Of a stretch of 64,000 bases of DNA, positions 11,179 through 20,611 are shown piece after piece. Under the pieces are notes generated by a model that was not told the DNA's origin, did not search any database, and saw only the letters and a program-made list of their open reading frames with translations. The stretch's first letter is position 1. The number at the start of each line of letters is the position of its first letter. Origin of the DNA: an uncultured Actinomycetes bacterium (GTDB taxonomy: Bacteria > Actinomycetota > UBA4738 > HRBIN12); contig CAVUTN010000006.1 in NCBI GenBank assembly GCA_963744515.1, positions 76,280-140,279 on the forward strand. Reading direction: 5' to 3'. The position numbers and the translations under genes are program-made.

Positions 11179-12179
11179 ATGACCCAGCTCGGCTACGCGG
11201 TGCTCGGACTCGTGCTCGGCGCGGCGCTCGGCGCGGTGGTGTTCGGGACGTGGCGGCGCTCGGCCGCGACGCCCTCGACCCGGGTGGAGGCTCGGCTCGA
11301 GGTGCAGGCGGCGGAGCTGCGGCGTCTCGCCGACGCGTCGGCCGCGCGCGAGGGCTCGGCGGAGCACCTGCGCTCGGAGTTCGCGGGTGCCCGACGGGTG
11401 CTCGAGGCCCTCGCCCTGCGCGAGGACGAGCGGCGCGAACGCGACGCCGAATCGTGGGAGATCGTCCGCCGGCTCTCGACCGTGCTGGTCGGGAGCGCCT
11501 CGAAGGGCCGCGCCGGCGAGAACGTGCTGCGCGAGCATCTCGCGCAGCTCCCGCCCGGGATGCTCGTCACGGACCTGCGCGTGAACGGCCGCGTGGTCGA
11601 GTTCGGGCTGCTGCTCGCCGGACGGCCGTCGTCTGCCGGTGGACTCGAAGTGGTCCGCGGTGGCCGAGCTCGAGGCGCTCGAGGCGGCCGACGACCCGAT
11701 CGAGCGCGAGACGCTCGCGCGCGAGGTCGAGCGGCAGGTCGCGCTCCGGGCGCGGGAGGTGGCGCAGTACCTCGACCCCTCGCTCACCGCGCCGGTCGCG
11801 GTCGCGGCGGTTCCCGATGCCGCGTACGAGGTGCTGCGACGGGCCCACGCCGACGCGTTCTCGCGCGGCGTCGTGATCGTGCCGTACTCGACGGCGCTGC
11901 CGGTGCTCCTGTTCCTGTACAGCCTCGCGCATCGGTTCGGCGACGCCGACGACGCGCGTTCGGCGCTCGAGGAGGTCGTGTCGGTGCTCGACGCCATGCA
12001 GCTCGTCCTGGAGAACAAGGTCGCCCGCGCCGCCACGATGGTCTCGAACGGCGTCGACGAGCTCCGCTCGGGTCTGGGCAAGGCGCGCGGCTCGATCGCG
12101 CGCGGCCGGACGGCGGCGGCCGTCGCGGCCGAGACCCGACCCCGAGCTGATCGAGGGTGTGCTGAAGGCCGTCCCGTAG
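11179..12179 (+). CDS. rmuC: DNA recombination protein RmuC; +1 frameshifts near 11620 and 12137
   Basis: AAGGAGG RBS then ATG 11179, N-terminal TM, then coiled coil. GENVLREHL...RVNGRVVEFGLLLA(D)GRRLPVDSKW joins track ORF 11639..12370. The end reconstructs as ETDPELIEGVLKAVP-stop at 12177-12179. Confidence 0.8.
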
Positions 12180-12202
12180 CACGCGCGGGTACGCTGCGCC
12201 CG

Positions 12203-12391
12203 ATGGAGTTCGAGGAGACGCTCGCGACGCTGGGGTTCCACCCCGCCACGGGACGGACGCCCAAGGGCGTGCAGGTGCTCACCGGCCGAACCGAACCCGT
12301 TCCTGACCTACACGGTGCAGAAGCTCGAGGACGGCGCCCCGGCGGCGCCGAAGCGATCTCGATCGGATGAGCCGGTGCAGCGCGAGATGTG
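12203..12391 (+). pseudogene. decayed, shortened paralog of the 116-aa protein encoded at 21375..21725
   Basis: MEFEETLATLGFHPATGRTPKGVQVL...(shift)...PNPFLTYTVQKLEDG versus MDFDETLRERGFEPATGRTPRGVRVW..HPNPYLTYTVQAFEDG. The copy has a frameshift near 12290 and lacks the central segment. Confidence 0.5.
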
Positions 12392-12490
12392 AACCCGCTT
12401 CTCCTCTTCCCATCCCACACTGTGGCCTATGGATTTCGCGGCGAGGTCGATCGTGGAACTCTTCATTGGCGGAGCTTCCTGAGGTCGTCC

Positions 12491-12496
12491 TACAAT
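12491..12496 (+). promoter_or_regulatory. candidate -10 hexamer TACAAT, 6 nt before the PAP2 ATG (leaderless-type start)
   Basis: TACAAT-ccgcgc-ATG. TTGGCG lies 19 nt upstream (12466-12471). The spacer here is visibly less GC-rich. Confidence 0.35.
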
Positions 12497-12502
12497 CCGC
12501 GC

Positions 12503-13172
12503 ATGTCCTCCGCGAGGCGCCCGCCGGATCGAAGTCTGGTTGAAGCGGCTGCGCATCGCATCGCCGAACAGCGTGGGCAGGCATCGCGATTGTCGATCGC
12601 GATGCGAGAGCTTGGAGCTCTCGATCGAGCTGCGTACGAAGCCGTCGCTCGGACGCCGACACCTTCGCTCGATCTTCCTGTTCGACGGCTCTCGAACGCC
12701 GCGAACGGCTCGCGGCTCTGGCTCGCGATCGCCGCCGCGGTGGCGATCTTCGGCGGAAAGCGAGGTCGAAGCGCCGCCCTCGAGGGAGTCGTCGCCATCG
12801 GCGTCACTTCCGCGAGCGTCAACCTCTTGGCGAAGTCGATCGCGACGAGGCCGAGGCCCGAACGGGCCGATCCCGTGCGCTTCGACACACGCGAGATCGA
12901 GATGCCGGCTTCCTCGTCGTTCCCCTCCGGCCACGCGGCATCAGCCTTCGCCTTCTCCTACGCGGTAGGACGTCACCTACGGTATCCTCGCGATCCCGAT
13001 CCGGCTGCTCGCCGGAGCCGTCGCGTACTCACGGGTCCACCTCGGCGTGCATTACCCGGCCGACGTCGCGGTGGGTTCCATCGTGGGGTCGGGGATCGCT
13101 GCTATGGTCGCTTCAGCGATCGATCGAAGCGCGATGCGACGCGGGGGAGTGCCGTCGCGTACCCGGGTTTGA
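12503..13172 (+). CDS. PAP2-family lipid phosphatase; +1 frameshift near 12980
   Basis: Track ORF 12389..13207 from ATG 12503 contains SFPSGHA. After the shift the frame reads AYSRVHLGVHYPADVAVG (PAP2 motif 3), ending at TGA 13170-13172. Confidence 0.75.
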
Positions 13173-13255
13173 CGCGTCTTCACCACTCTGAGTCAGCCGT
13201 GGAGTGAGGCGATGTTCCACGATCGCCGGTGCGCCAACGCGTACGATGGCCATCT

Positions 13256-14177
13256 ATGCGGCAGCCGTCGGACCAGACTGAGGCACCTGCCGACACGCCG
13301 CGACGGCCGGTGCTGTTCATCAACCCGTTGTCCGGTGACGGCAAGGCGACACGCGCGCATGTTGCCGATCGAGCGCGAGAGCGGGGGATCGAGGTCATCG
13401 TCCTCAGCTCGGATCGGGATCCGGCGCGCTGGTCCGGGAAGCCGTGGCGCGGGGCGCGGATGCGCTGGCGGTAGCCGGCGGTGACGGATCGCTCGCGGTC
13501 GTCGCGGCGGCTGCCTCGACGCACGGGCTTCCGTTCACCTGCGTTCCCGCCGGCACGAGGAATCACTTCGCACGTGATCTACGGATCGATCGACACGACC
13601 TGACCGGCGCGCTCGACGCGCTCATCGACGGCGTCGAGCGCCGGATCGATGTCGCGGAGGTGAACGGCCGTACACTTCCTGAAAACGTCTAACTCGGGAT
13701 CTACGGCGATGCGGTTCGCCGATCGAATACCGCGGTGCGAAAGTGCGAACGTTGCTGGAGACCGCGGACGAGGTGCTCGGTCCGAGCGCAGAGGCGCCCG
13801 AGCTGCGCCTGGTTGACGATCTCGGCCACGAGCACATCCATCCCATCGTCGTGGTGGTCTCGAACAACCCGTACGGCCTGGATCGGCCGGTTGCGCCCGG
13901 CATGCGTCCGACGCTCGACGGCGGCCGTCTCGGCGTCATCGTCCTCGATGCACCGCGGCGTGAGCGCCCTCCTCGTGGACAGGCGTGGAGTACTCCGCGT
14001 CTGGAGGTGGATGCCCCGAGGGAGTTACATGCAGGAATCGATGGCGAGGCGGTCGACCTGACCCCGCCCCTGGAGTTCGTGATCCGGCCGGCGGCGCTGC
14101 GTGTGAGGATCCCTCCGCACCATCAAGGCGTCTCCCCGTTGGGACATGTGCCGCCTCCGGGTCCGGCCTTCGCCTGA
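13256..14177 (+). pseudogene. diacylglycerol/lipid kinase catalytic-domain protein (YegS/LCB5-like), disrupted
   Basis: PVLFINPLSGDGKA...(shift about 13430)...ALAVAGGDGSL...CVPAGTRNHFARDL...VNGR; in-frame TAA at 13690-13692; apparent -1 shift near 13724; then track ORF 13743..14177. Confidence 0.7.
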
Positions 14178-14297
14178 GTCGATCCCTTGCGCGCTCACGG
14201 GAAGTGGGACCCAGCGTTCGCCGACAGCGCGGGGTGCAGGTGCCCGCTCTGACGAGATCAAGTCGCCCCCTGCAGCGGAGGCGGGGGCCGAGGGGCC

Positions 14298-14440
14298 GTG
14301 ACGGAGAATCGACCTTTCCGCTCGCAGGTGCTTCGGCGAGCAGGTTGCGCCGCCGCGCCGCGGCGGGCGTCCGAGCACTGGCGAGACTTCCTGCGGAGCC
14401 AGACCACCGGGATCGCGGGCTACGACTTCATCACCTTGGA
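14298..14440 (+). mobile_element. short relic of an integrase/transposase gene
   Basis: Frame of track ORF 14298..14828 reads ...RSQVLRRAGCAAAPRRASEHWRDFLRSQTTGIAGYDFITLD. From memory this resembles the ...RRILRRHGLGPAPRR.GPTWxQFLRAQAxxILAxDFFxVD segment just before the catalytic core of actinobacterial IS-type integrases. Similarity stops abruptly. Confidence 0.35.
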
Positions 14441-14485
14441 CAAACCAACACGCCGGCGGCCAGCCCCTCCTGGTCACGACGGGGG

Positions 14486-16358
14486 TCACCCAATGGAGGC
14501 GTTCGTCCCTGCTGCTCCTCTGAGCGCCCCTGGCGCCAGATCGACCCATCCCGGCCCGTGGTCGAGCTGGAAATCGAGGTTCATTGCGGCGTTGATCAGC
14601 GACAGGTGCGTGAAGGCCTGGGGGAAGTTCCCCAGCTGCTCTCCCGTCGGCCCGATCTCCTCGGAGAACAGCCCCACGTGGTTGGCGTATGTCAGCATCT
14701 TCTCGAACGTCAACCGAGCCTCTTCGAGCCGGCCCGAGCGAGCCAGGGCGTCGACGTACCAGAACGTGCAGATCGAGAACGTTCCTTCGGAGCCGGCCAG
14801 GCCGTCCGGGGACGCGGCGGGATCGTAGCGGTACACCAGACTGTCCGAGACCAGCTCGTCGTTCATCGCATCGAGCGTGGATAGCCACATCGGGTCGGTC
14901 GGGGAGACAAAGCCCACGAGCGGCATGAGCAGATTCGACGCGTCGAGGACGCTCGAGTCGTAGTGCTGCACAAACGCGCCGCGTTCCTTGTTCCACCCTC
15001 GGTCCATGATCTGGCGGTAGATCCGATCGCGTTCCTTCGTCCACCGTGCCACGTCGGCGGGGCGACCGAGCTCCTGAGCCATCCGGATCGACCGGTCCAT
15101 CGCGACCCAGGACATCAGACGGCCGTAGGTGAAGTTCTTGCGCCCGCCGCGCGTCTCCCAGATCCCCTCCTCTGGCTCGTCCCAGTGCTCGGCCAGCCAA
15201 TCCATCATCATGGAGATGTCCAGCCATGCATCGTGACCGAGCGTCCCCACTTGCCGACTCGCGCTGTACAGGGAATTCATCGCCTCGCCGTAGATGTCGA
15301 GCTGTAGCTGATCCGATGCACCGTTCCCAACGTGCACAGGCGCCGATCCCCGATATCCCTCGAAATGATCCAGCGTCTCCTCGTGAAGGTCGGACGATCC
15401 GTCGATCCGGTACATGATCTTGAGTGGCCCCGAGGCCTGCCCGGCCCTCTCGCCCACCGATCCCGCAACCAGCGGAGGAAGGCCAACGCCTCGTCCGTGT
15501 AGCCGAGACCGAGCAGCGCGTAAACGGAAAACGACGCGTCGCGCACCCACGTGAACCGGTAGTCCCAGTTGCGCTCGCCGCCGACCTGCTCGGGCAGGCT
15601 CGTCGTTGGAGCGGCCACGAGCGCGCCCGTCGGCGCGTACGTCATCAGCTTGAGCGTCATCGCGGAGCGGCTGATCGCCTCACGCCACCGACCGGTATAC
15701 GTCGAGCGACCGAGCCAGCCGCGCCAGAACCGGACCGTCTCGTTGAACCGGGAGAGGACGCGCTCGGCGTCGATCGGTGCCGCGGCCTCTCTGTCGGCTC
15801 CCGATTCGAGGATCGCGCCGCCGACGTCGCCGGCTCGCATCGTCCATCGCGCGCGCACGTCGCTCCCGTCCGGCTGGAGCTCGACCGTGGCGCGCAGTGC
15901 GAGGTCCATCTCGTCGGTCTCGAAGATGAAGCCGTCCCCCACCGCACGGAGTCGGTGCTCGGCCCTCCCGTAGTCGAAGCGCGGTTGGCACTCGAGGATG
16001 AACGTCATCTGTCCGCGGACGACGCGCAGGACCCGGATAAGCTGGTGACGAACCGAGGCGTGGTGGGGATCGTCGACCGGCATGAAGTCCGCGACCTCGC
16101 CGACGCCGTCGGGTGACATGAAGCGCGTGATCAGCACGGCGGTGTCCGGAAAGTACAGCTGCTTGGCGACGTAGTTCGTGCCCTCGGGCGCGATCCGGAA
16201 CCGCCCGCCGCGATCGGCATCCAACAGGGAAGCGAACACGCTCGGTGAGTCGAACGGGGCAGGCACAGCCAGTCGACGGTTCCTCCCGTGGAGACGAGCG
16301 CCGCGGTCTGCAGGTCGCCGATGAGGCCATGCTCGGAGATCAGGGGATAGCTATTCAT
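14486..16358 (-). CDS. glycoside hydrolase family 15 (glucoamylase/trehalase-like); two frameshifts (about 16255 and 15450)
   Basis: Track ORFs 16131..16358 (MNSYPLISEHGLIGDLQTAALVSTGGTVDWLCLP), 15277..16266 and 14486..15550 (…GIWETRGGRKNFTYGRLMSWVA…NFPQAFTHLSLINAA) join as one GH15 protein. Confidence 0.85.
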
Positions 16359-16587
16359 GCGTCAGCCCTCGCGATCGACGTCTGCCCACGGTCTCGTCCC
16401 CTATCTCGGAGCAGGAGTGCACCGTACTCCTCTGCCTTTACGGGGTCATCGGGTCGCGGCGATCCGGCTCCATGGTGTCATGCAGGATGTTGGGGCGGGG
16501 ATGATCATGACGGCGCCGATGACAGCATCTCGGGGACTCTCGGGACCGGGCGGCCTGGGAGCGATACCCTCGGTGGGGCCGAGTCGA

Positions 16588-17640
16588 TCAAGCGAACCGC
16601 CGTCGGTAGGCGAGGGTCGCGGGCGCTCCTGCGACGAGCGGCAGCCAGTAGGACACGAGCCGGTACGCGAGGACGGCGAGGCTCGCGTCGCCCGCCGGGA
16701 CCCCCGCGAGCACGAGCATGGCCGTCAGCCCCGCCTCGACGAAACCGAGCCCGCCCGGCGTGATCGGCACCATCCCGAGGATCGCGCCCGACAGGTACGC
16801 GAGCAGGACGAGCGACGGCCTGGGATGCGCGCCCACCGCGGCGAGCGCGGTGAGCAGCGCGAGGTAGTCGAGGACCCACTTCCCCACGGAGCCGAGCAGC
16901 ACTTGCCACCATCGCGAGCCGAGCGTGCGGAGCATGAGCTCACGTTCCCGGCGGAGGCGGTCCGGGAGATCGTGGGTCTCGGGCCGTCCACGCCGCCGGC
17001 GGTACCAGTTCCGAACGCGGTCGACGACGCCGCCGATCGCGCCGAGCGGTCGGTCGGATGCGATCAGCCAGGCGGTCCCGATCGCCAGGACGGCGAACAC
17101 CCCGAGCCCGATCCACATCGCCCGCACGAGCCCCTCGGCGACCCGCGCTCCACCGAGGATCGCAGGGATCGTGAACAGGGGCATCGCGAACAGCACCGCG
17201 TTCATCATCACCGAGGCCGCAGTCAGTCCCGTGGCCACCGTCGCGACGTCGAGCCCCGCCTGCGTGAGCATTCGGTACTGCACTACCCCACCGGTCGCCG
17301 CCCCGCCTGGGATCACCCTGCTCGCGGCGTTGCTCGCGAGCTGCGACGTCGCGATCAGGAACCACCGGCGGCTCCTCAAGGAGATCGCGAGCACGAGCCA
17401 GACGCAAGCGAAGCTGCTGGCCTCGAGCAGGACCATCCCGACGAACCATGGGACCTTGATCGTCGACAGATGGGGCCAGGCATGCAGGGTCTCCAGCAGG
17501 GCCGGCCATACGAGGTAGAGGCCGACAGCTGCGACGGCGAGCGAGACCAGCCGGCCGCGGAGCAATCCGGCGCGGACCGGACGGGACTCGGGCGGCTCTG
17601 GATCGGGCGCGGAGCCCATCGATCCCCAGCGTCGCAGCAT
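16588..17640 (-). CDS. UPF0104 / lysylphosphatidylglycerol-synthase-TM-region family membrane protein
   Basis: Track ORF intact at 350 aa, polytopic, with PITPGGLGFVEAGLTAMLVLAGV typical of this family. The exact start is uncertain. Confidence 0.75.
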   Translation of the reverse strand: MLRRWGSMGSAPDPEPPESRPVRAGLLRGRLVSLAVAAVGLYLVWPALLETLHAWPHLSTIKVPWFVGMVLLEASSFACVWLVLAISLRSRRWFLIATSQLASNAASRVIPGGAATGGVVQYRMLTQAGLDVATVATGLTAASVMMNAVLFAMPLFTIPAILGGARVAEGLVRAMWIGLGVFAVLAIGTAWLIASDRPLGAIGGVVDRVRNWYRRRRGRPETHDLPDRLRRERELMLRTLGSRWWQVLLGSVGKWVLDYLALLTALAAVGAHPRPSLVLLAYLSGAILGMVPITPGGLGFVEAGLTAMLVLAGVPAGDASLAVLAYRLVSYWLPLVAGAPATLAYRRRFA

Positions 17641-18028
17641 CTTCGCGCGCCCACAAGGAGCGACCTCAAGCAGTGTCCGCCGCGCGGTGCGCGAGACGGC
17701 AAGCTGCGTTCCAAATGGGCGGTGTCACGATCCGGGTCGGGTTGCCCCACCGGATCGAGGGTGTAGGTGAAGCTCGAGTAGGTCGTCGGCGCGTTGGTGT
17801 GGGAGATCCCGGTCAGTGGGCCCGGCGGTCGAAGGTGCAGGCAGAGTCCCACCCGAGGGGCGCGTGGTGGAGAGTAGGTCCAACGTCTTGAGCCGCTTGA
17901 TTTCCTGCGATTCGCAGAGCTTCAGCCCATTCAGAGACATGGCCGGGGGGTTCACCCATTACGCGACGCGGTTCGTCAAATTGATCGAGGCAGGCAGTGC
18001 TCGCCAGCCCGATCTGTTAATCGCCCGT

Positions 18029-18065
18029 CCTCCTCCGTCCCCGACGGCCGGCCGGGCGGAGGAGG
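18029..18065 (-). terminator. GC-rich hairpin just downstream of the HdeD-like gene
   Basis: cctcctccg (18029-18037) is complementary to cggaggagg (18057-18065). No clear U-tract. Confidence 0.3.
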
Positions 18066-18079
18066 CTCGGGCTGTTCGC

Positions 18080-18673
18080 CTACGCCATCGCGGAGGCGGC
18101 GTCTACCTCCTTGCCCGCGCGACGGACGCCGAATGCGAGCACGATCTGCATGATGCCCTTGAACAGAGCGAAGAAGCCCACCCAGAACAGGATGAGGTAC
18201 GAGCTCTGGGCGAGCGCGTAGACGCGGTCGGACCCGGACACCCAAAAGGCCAGCAGGATGAGCAGGACCCCGGTGATCAGGCCCACCCACCAGTAGGGGT
18301 TCAGGGTGCGGGAGGCGACCGCGCGCACGATCTCGAACGTGCCGTAGATGATCAAGATCAGGCCGAGCACGGAGGCGAGCGCGAAGAAGGTCTCGACGGG
18401 CTCGATCAGCCCCCACAGCCCGCCGAGGAAGAAGATGAACGCCATCACGTAGTGCCAGACCTTCCACCCACCGGGCACCAGGGTGGCCACGGTCACCTCG
18501 TTCGCGCCGGCGACGATGAACACCACCCCGAGCAACACGCCCACCGTCGTGATCGAGGTCTGATTCAGGCGCAGCACGATCCACGCGATCAGCACCCACG
18601 CGATCCCCGACACCAGCAAGACCCACCAGTGGCGTGACTCTTCTCGAACGATGCTGCGCTCATCTGCCAGCAT
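18080..18673 (-). CDS. HdeD/DUF308-family membrane protein
   Basis: Track ORF of 197 aa with six hydrophobic helices in the repeated DUF308 pattern (WWVLLVSGIAWVLIAWIVL..., LGVVFIVAGANEV...). Confidence 0.8.
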   Translation of the reverse strand: MLADERSIVREESRHWWVLLVSGIAWVLIAWIVLRLNQTSITTVGVLLGVVFIVAGANEVTVATLVPGGWKVWHYVMAFIFFLGGLWGLIEPVETFFALASVLGLILIIYGTFEIVRAVASRTLNPYWWVGLITGVLLILLAFWVSGSDRVYALAQSSYLILFWVGFFALFKGIMQIVLAFGVRRAGKEVDAASAMA

Positions 18674-18709
18674 GGCCGCCTCCCCTCTTCCGAAATCAAC
18701 GTGCGTTGA

Positions 18710-18937
18710 CTAGCGATGTCGCCTGGTAGCGGCTGCGATCAGCGCCGCGACCGCCAGGGCGCCGGCGACGAACGCGATCGCTTTCGCGAACGAACGAGCG
18801 TGCTGGGCAGCCTGGTGGGCGGCGCGCTCCGCTCGATCGGCCGCTTCGACCGCGCGCTTGGCATGATCCAGCACCGTCTGCATCTCCGCCAGGCCTTCCT
18901 CCGCCTTGGCGATCCGCTCGCTGCGCGTGTCTTCCAC
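18710..18937 (-). CDS. small tail-anchored coiled-coil membrane protein (75 aa)
   Basis: GAAGGAGG-ttgcg-GTG at 18937. VEDTRSERIAKAEEGLAEMQTVLDHAKRAVEAADRAERAAHQAAQHARSFAKAIAFVAGALAVAALIAAATRRHR has one C-terminal TM segment. Confidence 0.55.
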   Translation of the reverse strand: MEDTRSERIAKAEEGLAEMQTVLDHAKRAVEAADRAERAAHQAAQHARSFAKAIAFVAGALAVAALIAAATRRHR

Positions 18938-19170
18938 CGCAACCTCCTTCGTATGGCCCCGTGGATCAAAGGGACCTCGACCGTGGATCGAGGAGCGCGG
19001 GCGATGGACGCGCAAGAGGCTGATCCGCTACTCGTCGATTCCGGACCGTGGTTGGACCGGCCTCGACGTGTGGGTGTCGACCGCTGCTCCCGCGCGCCCA
19101 CCTCCTCAGCCGCGTACCAAGGCTGAACGATCTGACGGCGAGCCCTGCGTCAGCGACTCGCGATCGCCCA

Positions 19171-19596
19171 TCAGCTGGTCGCCATGTCGTCAGCGTTCAT
19201 CTGCGCAAGGGTTGCGTCCAGGACCGCGTATTCGGCCTCCTCGACTGCCGCGAACGCGAAGTCGATCGCCGCCTCGGCATCGGCCTCGGCGATGTTCGCG
19301 TCGAGCTGAGCCGACTTGGCGTCGGCCTTGGCCTTCTTGGCCGCGATGTGCTCTCGCGTGGTCTCGATGTGCCTGGCCCAATCCGACTGGACCTCTGTCC
19401 ACCGGTCCGACGCCTTGGCCTGTGCGGCCTGGCCACGCTGCTGGAGCTCATCAGCCTTGTGCTGTGCGGCCTTGGACGCCTGCTCGACCTCCGATCGCAA
19501 CTCTTCCCTGGCAGCACTCTTGGCGGCGCGGGCATGATCCTCGGCCTCCTTGGCCCGACGCGCCAGCTCCCCCAAACGATCTGATAGCGCCATCAT
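19171..19596 (-). CDS. Ala/Glu/Lys-rich coiled-coil protein (141 aa), unknown function
   Basis: Track ORF; AGGAAGGAG RBS before ATGATG. Strongly helical heptad-like sequence with GC-rich third positions. Confidence 0.65.
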   Translation of the reverse strand: MMALSDRLGELARRAKEAEDHARAAKSAAREELRSEVEQASKAAQHKADELQQRGQAAQAKASDRWTEVQSDWARHIETTREHIAAKKAKADAKSAQLDANIAEADAEAAIDFAFAAVEEAEYAVLDATLAQMNADDMATS

Positions 19597-19707
19597 GGCA
19601 ACTCCTTCCTAAAAGCATCGATCGATCGCCTATCCTGGCGAGCTGCACGCATCCATAGGCACCATCACCTCGGCGTTCCAGTCCACAGGCACGATCGCCT
19701 CTGCGAT

Positions 19708-19920
19708 CGCGGCTTGCCCTGCTGTCATCCTTCCCAGTCCGAGGTCTACTGCGTGAGGGGACCGCTGGGAAGGGCCGATCGGACCCGTTCCACCGGGACC
19801 CTCTCCGGCGACACGCACGATGCGGATGCCCCTCCAGATGGAAGGCTCGATCCAGCTGTCGCTCGAAAGAACGTCAAACGCCCTTGGCGCCAAACGCCAC
19901 GAACCATCAGTCAGCCGACC
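19708..19920 (-). ncRNA. candidate structured cis-regulatory leader, copy A (unclassified)
   Basis: Non-coding spacer 5' of 19596. By eye it is roughly two-thirds identical to 20612-20832, including a 22-nt identical block (19836-19857) that folds as CCUUCC-AUCU-GGAGGG. Confidence 0.45.
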
Positions 19921-19943
19921 GAAAGGATCCGTGACCCGGGCTG

Positions 19944-20048
19944 TCAGGGCGATCCGATGTCCTTCTTCAGCCCATCCATGTCCAGTTGCACCTGCTTCTC
20001 CACGACGTCCTTGGCGCGCCGGATCAGCGCCTCGACCCGATCCTTCAT
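19944..20048 (-). CDS. possible 34-aa small protein MKDRVEALIRRAKDVVEKQVQLDMDGLKKDIGSP
   Basis: Own translation. About 29 of 33 codons end in G/C, matching local coding bias. No obvious RBS. Lies between two coiled-coil genes. Confidence 0.35.
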   Translation of the reverse strand: MKDRVEALIRRAKDVVEKQVQLDMDGLKKDIGSP

Positions 20049-20096
20049 GCCGGTCGACGGCCAACGACGAGACCTCTCGCCCCGGCGTCCAAGTGC

Positions 20097-20554
20097 TCAC
20101 CTCCCCTCGTCGGTCGAGCCGGGCTCGACCTCCCTCTCGCGTTCGGATCGGGCAGATGCTCCCCGCCCTCGACGGAACATACGTCGCCACCACCTCTTGT
20201 CAGCCTCCGCCTCGACGTCGAGCAGCCGGATGTCGGCTCGCATCTCCTGACGGGGGTTCCCCTGCTCTTCCGCCGTCGCCGAGGCGAACACGGCGCCCGT
20301 CACTCCGATCTGGTCCTCCAAGGAGCCGAGATCCGCTCCAGCTTGCGCCGCTCGTAGGTGTCCGCCGGCGGCATCTGCCTCGACCGCGCGTTCAGATCGG
20401 CCGCGGACTCATCCAACGACTCCAAGTAGCGCGTCACGCGGAACCTCACCACGTTCCCCGAACGGTCGAGCTGCACGTGCAGCCGGTCGATCTCCTCGTT
20501 CGCTCGGTCGAGCCGAGCGACAAGGTCGCGGCCACTGCCGTCATCGGTGATCAT
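20097..20554 (-). CDS. coiled-coil protein (about 152 aa), unknown function; frameshift near 20320
   Basis: Track ORFs 20300..20554 (MITDDGSGRDLVARLDRANEEIDRLHVQLDR...) and 20097..20321 (..EDQIGVTGAVFASATAEEQ...) join as ...RKLERIS-SLEDQIGV... Confidence 0.55.
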
Positions 20555-20611
20555 CGCGAGATCCGCTCCACGTCGTCTCGACCATGCTGTCCATGATCCG
20601 ATGCGGCCCCG

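Noticed and set aside
17641-18079. A 439-nt lower-GC gap containing track ORF 17725..17955 and a YD-repeat-like peptide (FTYTLDPVGQ) in another frame.
   Set aside because: All frames are interrupted by stops. The single YD-like match is too short. There is no RBS or motif support, so I treat it as non-coding or relic DNA.
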